A DNA stretch of 64,000 nucleotides, taken from sequence record LC765218.1, one strand, 5' to 3'. Below, piece by piece: positions 18,506 through 28,447 of the stretch; the stretch's first letter is position 1; each line of letters starts with the position of its first letter. A program made the translations under genes and the position numbers. The notes below the pieces were generated by a model. That model saw only the letters and a list, made by a program, of their open reading frames with translations, searched no databases and was not told the origin of the DNA. The stretch comes from Pseudomonas phage BRkr.

Positions 18506-19951
18506 CTATTTTTTCAAAATGAACTGTGTGTACGGTGCTTCATAGATGGCAGAACCATCATCAGTTACAAACACAGTCGAGTATGAATAGGCTAACGGAC
18601 CCGTAGCTACAATCAGTACTTCCACTTTAACACCCTCGCAGCTGATTCGAGCGAGTTGGTTACGAGAAGGAATATCGATTGTCAATGCCAATCGGAGTGA
18701 TACCTTCTGTCCTTTATAATCGATAGGAATATCGAGATATGGTGTATTTTGAGTGATAGACTTCTTAAGTTGGGTTACCGTCTTCTTACCGCTCTGTACA
18801 GTTTCATACAGGTGATCGGTAATGTCGATTTTATAAACCGACTCTCCTATCGTTCCCGCCGTGTATTCCGCCAAACGACGTTCCAGCACGTTAAACATGC
18901 TTACCGCATCGTTAGCCATACGTGGTGGGTTGAGAGTCCTACTAATGAGACCCATATCTGGAGTTGCAAGAACAAAGATGTCATCAAAACGTACAAGAGC
19001 ATCAAGCCCAAGTGATTCGATTTGCTGGCGTTGCTTTGCTCCACAAGCATTACCCAGATTGAGAATACCGAGTTCTGGGAGGTCAGTCCCAAATGCTTTC
19101 GTATGTAGCTCAATTAGATTCTCTAAATACTCGTCAGGTTCCCGAGATTTATAGACTCCAAAGGTTGCTTCGGAAATCCTTCTCCCAAGTAGCAAATCTG
19201 CTTTGGCCAATTTATCTTTGGCAGTATCCCTAGGACGATGGCCCGCATTATGCATACTTCCGAGGTTGTACATGTAGTAGGTCCCATCCGAGGGTTTCCC
19301 ACTATTAATTCCAAAGAGCAGACGGGACTCCAGGATCAGTGGATTCATCTGAACTTTTTTCAGCTTGTTGATGGCATCGCCTTCAACCTTAACTGTTTTA
19401 GGTGTAACCGAAGCACCGCCTCCGCGTAGCGCATTGACGTCAGCCTTCTCGTTGCCTATATCTCCCGAATGGCCTTTAACCCATTTGAGTTCCAGTTTGC
19501 GGTCGTTCTTAAGCCAATCCATCTTTTGCTGGTTCAGAGCAATCCATAGATCTTTGTTGGCTACAGGATTACCATCTACCTTAACCCAATTGTTTTTTAT
19601 CCATTTTGGGAGATAAGATTCGAGACCTTTTCTGACATACTCACTATCCATAAGCATGGTTAGTTTAGTAGCCTTAGAGGCATCTGCAATCTTAAAGCCG
19701 TTAATCGCCGCACTAAGCTCAGCGGTGTTGTTCGTCGGATTATCGACTACCTTACCGAAGGAGTCGATATATTCAATAACCGTACAAGTATCCTCGGCAC
19801 CGACATCCTGATAACCCGATGCAGTTGGCTGCTGTTTTGTAGCAGCTTTAGACTTCATCGGTGTATTGGTGTAAGTGTAACCATGGACTCCCCAACCAGC
19901 TAGACCTTGACGGAATGATCCATCTGTGTATAGCACTATACCGTCGCACAT
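18506..19951 (-). CDS. RNase HI domain protein fused to a ~300-aa C-terminal domain of unknown function
   Basis: The N-terminal 170 aa carry the full RNase HI catalytic set in order: YTDGS (Asp), NNTAEL (Glu), DSEYV (Asp), WVKGHSGDIGNEKAD (His, Asp). The remaining ~300 aa have no recognisable motif. Confidence 0.75.
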   Translation of the reverse strand: MCDGIVLYTDGSFRQGLAGWGVHGYTYTNTPMKSKAATKQQPTASGYQDVGAEDTCTVIEYIDSFGKVVDNPTNNTAELSAAINGFKIADASKATKLTMLMDSEYVRKGLESYLPKWIKNNWVKVDGNPVANKDLWIALNQQKMDWLKNDRKLELKWVKGHSGDIGNEKADVNALRGGGASVTPKTVKVEGDAINKLKKVQMNPLILESRLLFGINSGKPSDGTYYMYNLGSMHNAGHRPRDTAKDKLAKADLLLGRRISEATFGVYKSREPDEYLENLIELHTKAFGTDLPELGILNLGNACGAKQRQQIESLGLDALVRFDDIFVLATPDMGLISRTLNPPRMANDAVSMFNVLERRLAEYTAGTIGESVYKIDITDHLYETVQSGKKTVTQLKKSITQNTPYLDIPIDYKGQKVSLRLALTIDIPSRNQLARISCEGVKVEVLIVATGPLAYSYSTVFVTDDGSAIYEAPYTQFILKK

Positions 19952-19993
19952 TGTTTTTTACCTCTGTCAACAGACTCTTAACTAAAGTATAAA

Positions 19994-20413
19994 TCAGTCG
20001 AGTTTTCTTTGACAGTGATCCAACCACTTTTGGTGGGCTTGCTCTATCTTGGATCGTTCGGCAACATTGTACGCACGAAGTTCGGCTACATACTCCGAGA
20101 GTTTCCGATCGATTTCTTCTGAAGACTGCGCACTCGCTAATTCTTCTTCGTTCGGTTTCTCGGGGAGTAAAGCAGCACGTGGGAGTACAAACGGTTCACA
20201 GCTTGCTAACGGACGCTTTTGTTCTGTGACAGGTGTTTGTATAACTCGTTCTTTCACTTCCGTTATTGTTTTAATTTGCGGCTGGCTAAATTCCCAGCTG
20301 GAAGTTGTCTCTTGCTGAACCACAGTCTGTGTGGTGTACCTCGGTGCATAAATAACGCAACCAGAAAGAGTCAAACAAAGTACTAGTAAATATTTTTTAG
20401 ACATGTGGTTCAC
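19994..20413 (-). CDS. lipoprotein (o-spanin or superinfection-exclusion candidate)
   Basis: MSKKYLLVLCLTLSGC is a signal peptide with an L-S-G-C lipobox. The mature part has a predicted coiled-coil C-terminus. Confidence 0.55.
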   Translation of the reverse strand: MNHMSKKYLLVLCLTLSGCVIYAPRYTTQTVVQQETTSSWEFSQPQIKTITEVKERVIQTPVTEQKRPLASCEPFVLPRAALLPEKPNEEELASAQSSEEIDRKLSEYVAELRAYNVAERSKIEQAHQKWLDHCQRKLD

Positions 20414-20430
20414 CTACAGCCCATTAAAGG

Positions 20431-20718
20431 TTATTTCAGAATTTCACCCAGAAGCTTTCGCCTGGCTTGAAGCGATTCGACAGAGTCTACATCGCATACA
20501 CATTCCGGACGTTGTTTCAACTTCCAGTTCTCTGACTTAACATCATTCAACTCGCCGATAGTTAACATGAGCGACATGGCCAAGACCAGTACCATCGCAA
20601 ACATAAACGTAACGTGCTTGTTTTCCAGCATCACTTCACGGACAGTACGATCACCGAAGATCGCCCGTTTCAGGAAGGGCCACAACAGGAGCAAGGCTTT
20701 TGCAGTTAAACTGAGCAT
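20431..20718 (-). CDS. small inner-membrane protein (paired with downstream lipoprotein)
   Basis: 95 aa with a central TM helix FMFAMVLVLAMSLMLTI followed by a charged, Cys-containing periplasmic tail. 18 nt upstream of the lipoprotein gene. Confidence 0.5.
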   Translation of the reverse strand: MLSLTAKALLLLWPFLKRAIFGDRTVREVMLENKHVTFMFAMVLVLAMSLMLTIGELNDVKSENWKLKQRPECVCDVDSVESLQARRKLLGEILK

Positions 20719-20907
20719 GATTTCCTCTGTTCAGTTAGACATTGCGCCTACCCATAAAAGCCGTGGATGGCTGAGATCAATAGACATTAAAGACAATATA
20801 CTAACCGTTTAAAAGCATTAGTATACCCGACGTTTTAAATAAGCACAAGCGGAGTGACTGATTTTATAGATGGAAGACCATCGATCTCTCGCTCATGAGG
20901 ATAGCAC
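20719..20907. promoter_or_regulatory. divergent intergenic control region (189 nt) between the minus membrane/lipoprotein operon and the plus structural block
   Basis: Longest non-coding gap in the window. AT-rich, with TATA-like hexamers on both strands (tatact, tagtatac, ttttatag). Confidence 0.4.
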
Positions 20908-22215
20908 ATGTACAATTTGAAAGGCTTTTACAGCTTCCCTGCACTCATTTCGAATGCACCTGAAACTGTAGCGAAGCTCGGCGAACTTTCGTCGAACAGC
21001 GCAACCTATGCAAAGGACAAGACTTTCCACACCGGTACGTCCGCACCAAACGTTGTTTTTATTTCTTTTCATAGCGTAAAGGATGGAAACGTTGTTGATG
21101 TTGCTGGTAACAACAAAGATCAAGTTCTTAAGCTAGGTGAATATATTTATCAACAGTCGATTTCTGGTACGATCGGTTCCGATCCTAACGTACTTCGTCA
21201 ACTGGTGATGGCAGAGTTTAATGGGGTTATCCAAAGTTTCCGTAGTGGTCAAATGATTTCTAACGGTAGCATTTGGATGCCAGAATGGGTTGAATTCGTA
21301 TTAGTTGGTTCTGAAGCTAACCAGATGAATATCTGGCTTGCAGATGAATCCTTTGCAGCTCAGTACGATGAATACATCATCGAGATCGTACATCCGATAA
21401 TTCCGTATGACGATTTCTTTAAAGATCCGCTTATTGTTAAGCAGCTACTGGACGATTATGATCTCGTTGAGAAGATCGAAGAAGTTCAGGCTAAGCGGGC
21501 ACAATATCCATATACACATCAACGGGCATTCATGTTTGAATACCATAATCCCCGTGATGATTCTATGCGTTTCCCCGCCTATTGGATTGCAATCGTCTAT
21601 GGCGAGGCTGGCAACAACCCTGACCTCATCAAAGACAAGATTGTAGAAGAACTACTGGCTGACTCTGCACATCCACGGACAGATTGGGAAGTTATTCTTC
21701 CAGACCTGTTCATGACAACTGAGTTCATCTTTACTCCATTCTGGAACCAGTATTCTATCGAACAAGCCGATTATCGAGCTGGTACCTACAGTCCTACTGT
21801 AGACCATCGTAAACGACTTCCTTTGATTCGTCGAACAGCACGTGGGCCAGGTTATACTCAAACCTACGTAGACAATAAATTCGAGCTGTCTTCGAACACA
21901 TACAAATCCATTGCCTTCTCCGTATTGGGTAACCCTCAAAACAGGAATGGTATTACACAGTTCTCGCAGAAATTTAAAGATTATCAGTTAGTAACTAACG
22001 ATACTGGGGATATCAATAAATCGTCGCCTGAAACAATTGAATGGATGATGTTGTTCTCGAAGCTACTGAAAGCAGCCGAAGGGATGACTCGCTATAGCTC
22101 TGTTCCACAAGGGGTGTCTCGCATGATTCGTGATAATGTGATTTATGCAAGCGCATACTTTAAGAACGTTAACTACATGGTTGTAGCTAAAGCTAGCGTA
22201 GAAGAATTATCCTAA
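20908..22215 (+). CDS. hypothetical protein (possible baseplate/tail component)
   Basis: 435-aa ORF heading a plus-strand structural block. Terminator at 22222. Confidence 0.5.
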   Translation: MYNLKGFYSFPALISNAPETVAKLGELSSNSATYAKDKTFHTGTSAPNVVFISFHSVKDGNVVDVAGNNKDQVLKLGEYIYQQSISGTIGSDPNVLRQLVMAEFNGVIQSFRSGQMISNGSIWMPEWVEFVLVGSEANQMNIWLADESFAAQYDEYIIEIVHPIIPYDDFFKDPLIVKQLLDDYDLVEKIEEVQAKRAQYPYTHQRAFMFEYHNPRDDSMRFPAYWIAIVYGEAGNNPDLIKDKIVEELLADSAHPRTDWEVILPDLFMTTEFIFTPFWNQYSIEQADYRAGTYSPTVDHRKRLPLIRRTARGPGYTQTYVDNKFELSSNTYKSIAFSVLGNPQNRNGITQFSQKFKDYQLVTNDTGDINKSSPETIEWMMLFSKLLKAAEGMTRYSSVPQGVSRMIRDNVIYASAYFKNVNYMVVAKASVEELS

Positions 22216-22221
22216 AAACAT

Positions 22222-22250
22222 AAGGGAGAGGGGAAACCCTCTCCTTTTAT
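22222..22250 (+). terminator. rho-independent terminator
   Basis: GGAGAGGGG-aaa-CCCTCTCC followed by TTTTATT. Confidence 0.7.
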
Positions 22251-22262
22251 TAGGGGATACAC

Positions 22263-23837
22263 ATGCGTCAAATTTCTATTTCACTTGCCGATAACCCTAT
22301 CGGTGCTAGTCCATTAGTTGGACTTTATAAAGCGATTAACGCTAAATATTCCAGCCTAGGTCTGACCCAAGCAAACTCTCGGGTTATTAGAGTACAACCA
22401 GCAGCAACTAAAGAAAGACCCAACCAGACAGTAGTGTTTATTCAGAAGGGAACTTCTTATGACACTATTTACGATTTTTATTACGATCGATTTAACCTAA
22501 ACGATTTTATTGAGAATCCATACTGGACGGCTTCTGAAGTTGAAGAACTCCAACAGATGGAGAACTCTACTGAAGTCCTTGGTGAAGTGGCTCGTAAATC
22601 GACTTTGAATTTAACAAAATCAGATATTTGGGTTAACGATACTTCTATCGATTATACCGGTGGACAAGTCGGACCTAACTGGTTATTAAAGTCTATTTAC
22701 AACTCACTGTATTTTACCGGCGAACTAGTTCTTTGGTTACATTCAGGTGGAGATGGTCCTGGTCCAGAGCCTGAACCTACAGATGGGTTCTATGAACATA
22801 TCTTCGAAGGTTCGATCTCTAATTACATTACTGGTACATTTGGTAACCCAGGTTACTATGTATCTCTTAGTGTACAACAGAATGGTAACCGTGTTTATGT
22901 ACTCGAACCAATTCCTGAGGGTGAGAAGGTACCTACACTGAACTGGCCTACCTACCATGAAAATGATCCAGCTACACTTGTACCTGGACATGAATGGATT
23001 ATTATCAATAACTCCGGACATGAGATCACATTTGATCCAGAGGGACTTAGTCATAATAAATTCCTCTTGCCTGCGTGGAATGTAATCGCAGTTAAACAGG
23101 GTGGGACTATTCGTGGTACTGCCATCGGTTGGGATAATAATACCAATCAATGGATTTGGGCAATTTCTGGGGATATTGTTCAAGGTAAAACTGTAGGTAG
23201 TTCTATCATGGATGACTTGATTAGTTGGTATGCCATGGAAGGGATTGCTACAGACTCACACGGCGGTCATAACTTCGGATTTAACTCTGAAAGTACGATA
23301 CCTGGTAAAGTTGGTCAAGCACTAAGTGGTATAAAAGCTTCCGGTGCTGAAGGTAACTTCGGTAGCTATAATAGCGGTACGGCAATGTTTGGTTGGTTTA
23401 AAGTAAATAACCCAACCGTAAGTCAGGAATATGTATTGACTCTTGGTAAGTTTGGCGAGTACTATGGCTGTAAGTACGGCTTATCGTACAGAGGTTCCAA
23501 CGGCTGGAGAGGATTCTCTCGCAATGCTGCTAACACAGAGACTACTGTATCTACTGGCGGTCAACACATGGGTAAAGGAGAATGGCAATTCATCGTTCTT
23601 CAAGTAAAAGATCGATTCCTTGAGATCTATGTTGACAATGGTAATCCGATACGTAAAGAAATTCCATTACCAAGTAGTGGTTCTTATGATGGTCTACAGT
23701 TCGGAGAAATCTTTAGTGATTCCAAGTTTGATGGTGCTGTAGATGAAGTTGGATTATGCTGGCGACCGCTAGAGAAAGAAGAGATCGCGTGGCTATACAA
23801 CAATGGTCAAGGTCGTACTTATGAAACTCTTGTTTAA
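22263..23837 (+). CDS. tail/baseplate protein with C-terminal concanavalin-A-like (LamG-type) lectin domain
   Basis: The C-terminal 200 aa (FGWFKVNN ... GEWQFIVLQVKDRFLEIYVDNG ... FDGAVDEVGLCWRPLEKEEI) have the pattern of LamG/ConA-like jelly-roll domains common in fibre and baseplate proteins. Confidence 0.5.
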   Translation: MRQISISLADNPIGASPLVGLYKAINAKYSSLGLTQANSRVIRVQPAATKERPNQTVVFIQKGTSYDTIYDFYYDRFNLNDFIENPYWTASEVEELQQMENSTEVLGEVARKSTLNLTKSDIWVNDTSIDYTGGQVGPNWLLKSIYNSLYFTGELVLWLHSGGDGPGPEPEPTDGFYEHIFEGSISNYITGTFGNPGYYVSLSVQQNGNRVYVLEPIPEGEKVPTLNWPTYHENDPATLVPGHEWIIINNSGHEITFDPEGLSHNKFLLPAWNVIAVKQGGTIRGTAIGWDNNTNQWIWAISGDIVQGKTVGSSIMDDLISWYAMEGIATDSHGGHNFGFNSESTIPGKVGQALSGIKASGAEGNFGSYNSGTAMFGWFKVNNPTVSQEYVLTLGKFGEYYGCKYGLSYRGSNGWRGFSRNAANTETTVSTGGQHMGKGEWQFIVLQVKDRFLEIYVDNGNPIRKEIPLPSSGSYDGLQFGEIFSDSKFDGAVDEVGLCWRPLEKEEIAWLYNNGQGRTYETLV

Positions 23838-23843
23838 GGAGGA

Positions 23844-24266
23844 ATGATGGCTACGATGTGTGTTAGTTGGCCAGAGATCATCACCATGGATCTTTCTGGT
23901 GCCGGCGCAGGTGGAGAGACTGTAAGCAATAGAAAGGATATTTTGAGTAGTACACTGATTTTAACCGGTGGTACTTTCGATGGTAAAGATAAAGCAAATG
24001 GAAATTATAATGACGCGTTTATCTTCTACCTGGATACTCCAGATATGCCTGCTGACCAGCGTGTCCGATTTAAAGTTTTCAACCATAGCGAACGTTCGAT
24101 CATATTCAACGTCCCAGAGAGATGGCTTGGTAAACGGAATGGTATTCAACTAGTTATCCAACCTGGTAACGGAGTTGAGATTCTACGTGTAGTCTGGATT
24201 GATGAAGATACACCGATTATTCGATGGATCATGCGTGGGCCACATTACGAATTCAACAACATGTAG
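23844..24266 (+). CDS. hypothetical protein
   Basis: 140-aa ORF in the structural block. Confidence 0.45.
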   Translation: MMATMCVSWPEIITMDLSGAGAGGETVSNRKDILSSTLILTGGTFDGKDKANGNYNDAFIFYLDTPDMPADQRVRFKVFNHSERSIIFNVPERWLGKRNGIQLVIQPGNGVEILRVVWIDEDTPIIRWIMRGPHYEFNNM

Positions 24267-24273
24267 GTGTTAT

Positions 24274-24729
24274 ATGGACATTAATCCAATTAATTGCTGG
24301 AACTTTGTTGAATCACCAAACCAGCTTCTGATCACTGATTACCCTGAGCAGTTTAGTTATGACGGTTACACAATGGCCGTTAACAAGATCGATGTTTCTA
24401 AATACGTCGATACTATTCTTATACTTGGTAATCCCTCAGATGAAGGTAGGGAATATGACATCGGTATTGTTTTAAAATACGATAGCGATTATGTTTCTGG
24501 TACTGCATGTGATATCGTCTTTCCGACAGGTATCATAAGTGGAGGTTGTGTACTCTACGAAGACAGTAATGGTGATTATCATCGTCTACGTTCTAATTAT
24601 CCAAGTCTCACTCCAGATGGCACCTATTATTTTGAATCAGGTGAAGCCATCAGAGTGACATTGTTTATTGATAAGTGGACTAACAAATATTACTGGCAAT
24701 TATCAGAACTGATAGAGCGTCAATACTAA
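24274..24729 (+). CDS. hypothetical protein
   Basis: Internal ATG at 24274 of ORF 24199..24729, preceded by AGGTG. Terminator at 24734. Confidence 0.45.
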   Translation: MDINPINCWNFVESPNQLLITDYPEQFSYDGYTMAVNKIDVSKYVDTILILGNPSDEGREYDIGIVLKYDSDYVSGTACDIVFPTGIISGGCVLYEDSNGDYHRLRSNYPSLTPDGTYYFESGEAIRVTLFIDKWTNKYYWQLSELIERQY

Positions 24730-24733
24730 GAAT

Positions 24734-24766
24734 GTGGCTCGGTTAACCGAGCCACTCTTTACTTTC
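24734..24766 (+). terminator. rho-independent terminator
   Basis: GTGGCTCGG-ttaa-CCGAGCCAC followed by TCTTTACTTT. Confidence 0.65.
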
Positions 24767-24805
24767 ATTACCAATTACATGACAATTCAATAGTGAGTAT
24801 GATAC

Positions 24806-25435
24806 ATGGCCACTAACAATTTAATGGTCCCTCCAATTGGTACAAAGGGACTATATGTTCTTCTACCTCCGTTTGATAAAGTATTGGAAGCAGCTGAACT
24901 TTACGAATGCGGTGCTATCCGCTACTTCGAGGATGTAGAAAATAATGGTCGTTCAGTTTATGACCTTTATTACAAGCCTTGGAAAATCGACGAGTCACGC
25001 GTCGCGACAGATCGACAGCAAGGTCATGTAATCGTAACGTTGCTGTCACCTAAATTCCCACCTGTTTATGTACCATCGAGCTACATCAAATCTTATCCTG
25101 ATCTTAGCTCTAAGCCATACAACCAAGTCATCATGACTCTGTCGCTTGGTGCATTGCCAGATGACGTAATTCTAGATACAGCCGCTAATGCTGCTGCGAA
25201 TGCAGTTAGTGATACGATCGGTGTTAATCCAGAAGTCCACTTTGGCATTATGCCGTTGTCAGATTCTGTAACACCAGCCGTCCACGAAACACGTGAGGCA
25301 GCACGACAAGGTAAGATCAAGAATCGTACGACGGATTATGCTCGTCTACTTGAACTGGAAAATGCCAACTCTATTTTAAAGCAACAGAACCTTATTCTTG
25401 AGAAAATCATCAAGGATAACAACCTGCTGCCTTAA
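24806..25435 (+). CDS. hypothetical protein
   Basis: 209-aa ORF following a terminator. Confidence 0.5.
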   Translation: MATNNLMVPPIGTKGLYVLLPPFDKVLEAAELYECGAIRYFEDVENNGRSVYDLYYKPWKIDESRVATDRQQGHVIVTLLSPKFPPVYVPSSYIKSYPDLSSKPYNQVIMTLSLGALPDDVILDTAANAAANAVSDTIGVNPEVHFGIMPLSDSVTPAVHETREAARQGKIKNRTTDYARLLELENANSILKQQNLILEKIIKDNNLLP

Positions 25436-25488
25436 CAACCTTATGTAGTTTAAACTCACGAAATCCCCCGCAATTGTGGAGTATATAA

Positions 25489-27249
25489 ATGGCCCGCGCT
25501 AACCTTTTCGATCTGTGCCGTAGCATCTCTAACGAATCCATTACTGAAGAAGTAGAGAACAAAGCTGCTGGTACTGTCACTGAAGCCTCCGATCAGAACG
25601 TGGATCTGGAAGGCAAGAAAGATCTCGAACCTCAACTGAAGAGTGATGAGGGCGAAAAGCCTGATGCTGATGATGTTGATGCTTCGGTCACTAACACACA
25701 GACTAGTGAACCAGGTCCCACTGAAGGTGGTGGCGATGGTACTGCCGAAACTGTAGATGTGACCAATGTTCATACTTCGGACACCGTTGAGAATCACGTA
25801 ACCGCCGTTGACCAAACTGGTCTTGGGGATGTTGGTTCTGCACATGACGAAGTATCGGCTGACGATGATAACGTCGCTACCACTACTTCTGTAGAAGAAC
25901 ACACTGATGGTCTCGATACCATCGAATCTGGTGAAACTGAATCCGTTGGCGAAGCTGACGACATGGTGCAGGACATCGATGAAGCTGTTGAAGCTCTTAC
26001 TGCCGATGGCCTTACATCCGCTACTGATGCCAAAGGTGCCGTTGTAAACGAGATTGCTTCGGATATGGGCGACATTGAAAACGCCAAAGCTTCCGTTGAG
26101 CGTTATCTTGGTATCCTGCGTGGCATGCGTGAAAACGGCTATGAAGTTACTAACGAGCTGGCTGAGTCGATGCGTGTCGGTCTGGAAATGATTGATCCTG
26201 ATTTCTTCTCTGATACCGTGGTATCCGTTGAAGAACTTGACGACAGCGATAAGCATACTTCTGCTCGTGATGCTACTGAAAGCAAACTCACTGCTAAGAT
26301 GAAGTCTTTGCTGGAAGCAGCCCGTAATGTTCTGATGCGTATCTTCAACGCATTGATGGACTTCTGGCGCTCCTTTACTCAAGATGCTACCAAACTGAAA
26401 GAACGTCTGCGTACTCTTCGTAGTAAAGTAGGTACTCTTGATGGTGGTAAGCAGATTAAGATTGGTGGTCTGCAACGTCTGTCCATTGGTAAAGAATTCG
26501 TTGGCGATAGTCCTGAAGCTATTAAGCGTGTTGAGAATACCGCTGATATCGTTCTCATCAACTGGCCGAGCAAACTTGCTGAAATTCTGAAGAAGTTTGA
26601 TGATAAATCTACTTACTACTTCGGCGTTCAAAGCGGTCTCGCTCCTGAAATGCTCGATGCGATCGATGACATTCTGTCTAACTCCTTCCGTGGATTCAAG
26701 AACGTTAATTCCAACGAGAAAGATAAAGTTCCGAGTGGTATGTTGAATAGCACCTCGGTTCATATGTCCGAAGTTCTTCCGGGTAACCGTGCAATGTTCG
26801 TTGGTGTGAACACCGATTACGCAGCCGATAAGACTTTCAACTTCAACAACGCTATTAATATCAACTTCTCGGTTATTCCGGGTGGCGATAGCTATGGTGG
26901 TGCCGATACCATCAAAACGATGTCTGCTGGTGAAGCAGTTTCTGTTATTCGCGCTACCGAGCAACTGATCAATAAAGTTGAAGCAGCTGTTGAAGGTCGT
27001 AGCAAGCTGAATGAACTCGCCCAACGGGTTAACCAGAAAGGATCTAGCTTCCTGTTTGGTGCACTGATGACCGGTGATGAGAACTCGGCTATTTCCAGTC
27101 TGCTTGCCATTACTCTGGCTCGTCAAACTGCTAATGCTAACCATCTGTTTACAGGTTATTGCCTGAACCTGGTTAAAGCTGAAATCGCTGTTATTGAAGC
27201 CATGCTGAAAGCTGAACATGGTGATGTTATCGAAGGCGAGAAAGCCTAA
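25489..27249 (+). CDS. virion-protein candidate, paralog A, with ~190-aa acidic N-terminal extension
   Basis: 586 aa. The N-terminus is very acidic and low-complexity (DEGEKPDADDVDAS ..., ESGETESVGEADDMVQDIDEAVE). The C-terminal 390 aa are collinear with the next gene (ERYLGILRG/ERYRDLLAG; IDPDFF/IDPDFD; GGLQRLSIGKEFVG/AGVQRLSIDGNFVG; VLPGN). Confidence 0.55.
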   Translation: MARANLFDLCRSISNESITEEVENKAAGTVTEASDQNVDLEGKKDLEPQLKSDEGEKPDADDVDASVTNTQTSEPGPTEGGGDGTAETVDVTNVHTSDTVENHVTAVDQTGLGDVGSAHDEVSADDDNVATTTSVEEHTDGLDTIESGETESVGEADDMVQDIDEAVEALTADGLTSATDAKGAVVNEIASDMGDIENAKASVERYLGILRGMRENGYEVTNELAESMRVGLEMIDPDFFSDTVVSVEELDDSDKHTSARDATESKLTAKMKSLLEAARNVLMRIFNALMDFWRSFTQDATKLKERLRTLRSKVGTLDGGKQIKIGGLQRLSIGKEFVGDSPEAIKRVENTADIVLINWPSKLAEILKKFDDKSTYYFGVQSGLAPEMLDAIDDILSNSFRGFKNVNSNEKDKVPSGMLNSTSVHMSEVLPGNRAMFVGVNTDYAADKTFNFNNAININFSVIPGGDSYGGADTIKTMSAGEAVSVIRATEQLINKVEAAVEGRSKLNELAQRVNQKGSSFLFGALMTGDENSAISSLLAITLARQTANANHLFTGYCLNLVKAEIAVIEAMLKAEHGDVIEGEKA

Positions 27250-27259
27250 GGGTGAAAGC

Positions 27260-28444
27260 ATGTCCTATCTGGCACAATGGAATGAAGTATCTGAAGACCT
27301 GAGTAAGATTCAGCGTCTTGGTTCTTCTCTAGAGCGCTACCGCGATCTGCTAGCTGGACGTGACGTTGTAACAGGGGCTACTGCTGATGTTATCTCGGTA
27401 GCCCTTGAGAGTATTGACCCTGACTTTGATATCAAAGAAGGTTCTAAAATTACTCTGAGAGCAATCAAAGAAGGCATTATCGCGGCGGCGAAAGCCACCC
27501 GCGATATTGTCCGCTACATCTGGGAATTGCTTAACTCTTTCTACGTCAAATTCACCGGTAGCATTCGTCGTGTTCGTCGCACACAAGAAAGCATTAGTCG
27601 ACGCTTAGGTAAACTAGGCTCGGCAACTACTTACCAGAAAATGTCTGTAGCTGGTGTACAACGTCTATCTATTGATGGTAACTTCGTGGGGTTAGACCTT
27701 AACCACTTGAACGACATCAAAGATCTAACCAACTACATTCTCAACCATTATCCTAAATCGGTTGCAAAGATTGCACGGAACAGTTCTCGACAGTTCCTGA
27801 ATATCTTGGATAAATCTAAGGATGCTAGCTCTAATGAAGTAGCTGGTGAGGTTGTAGAAGCATTTGCAAATATCCTCCAACGTGATTTTACCCCTCCGCC
27901 TGGTCATGCCCCTCTCCAACAGAGAGAACTGACTACTGCGGAAAAAGGTGTCCATCGTTCGGTTGTCCTACCTGGCAACGTAGCGTTCATCTATACACCA
28001 CCTGACGTTATCAGTCAGATGTTGAATAATAGTAAAGTCGCTAATGAGGATGTTGTAAGACGTTCGTTTACAATGCAGTTCGCTGAGCTACAGCTAAATG
28101 TAGCTGACCGTTCTGAACGTGAGATTGATGTACCTTCTGTCCGTACTCTTAGTGAGATCACTCAGTTGATCTCCAGCATCCTTTCTCTAGCAGAGAAAGC
28201 TGAAACGGGTCAGCGGGACTTCTCCACGGTCAAAGTAGTTGTAGACGACGCTATTCGACAGATCGCTGAAGCGGGTGAAGAGGCAGGTAAATCCTATAAT
28301 TCTGTTCTCTCTATTATCGGCGAGATTTCGAAGAAGTTAGCTGAACCAATGGGTTTCTATACTCACTGGCTGGCTGTATCGCTTAATGTGTATTTGACTT
28401 TCATTAGTCATTGCATCAAGCATTACGAAGCTGAAGGCGTATAA
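27260..28444 (+). CDS. virion-protein candidate, paralog B (tandem duplicate of upstream gene)
   Basis: Start moved to ATG 27260 (AGGGTGA RBS). Clear paralog of 25489..27249. Followed by a bidirectional terminator. Confidence 0.55.
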   Translation: MSYLAQWNEVSEDLSKIQRLGSSLERYRDLLAGRDVVTGATADVISVALESIDPDFDIKEGSKITLRAIKEGIIAAAKATRDIVRYIWELLNSFYVKFTGSIRRVRRTQESISRRLGKLGSATTYQKMSVAGVQRLSIDGNFVGLDLNHLNDIKDLTNYILNHYPKSVAKIARNSSRQFLNILDKSKDASSNEVAGEVVEAFANILQRDFTPPPGHAPLQQRELTTAEKGVHRSVVLPGNVAFIYTPPDVISQMLNNSKVANEDVVRRSFTMQFAELQLNVADRSEREIDVPSVRTLSEITQLISSILSLAEKAETGQRDFSTVKVVVDDAIRQIAEAGEEAGKSYNSVLSIIGEISKKLAEPMGFYTHWLAVSLNVYLTFISHCIKHYEAEGV

Positions 28445-28447
28445 CGG

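Noticed and set aside
25456-27261. 601-aa minus-strand ORF
   Set aside because: Antisense to the 586-aa gene, whose product has a paralog encoded directly downstream on the plus strand. The minus product has implausible composition.
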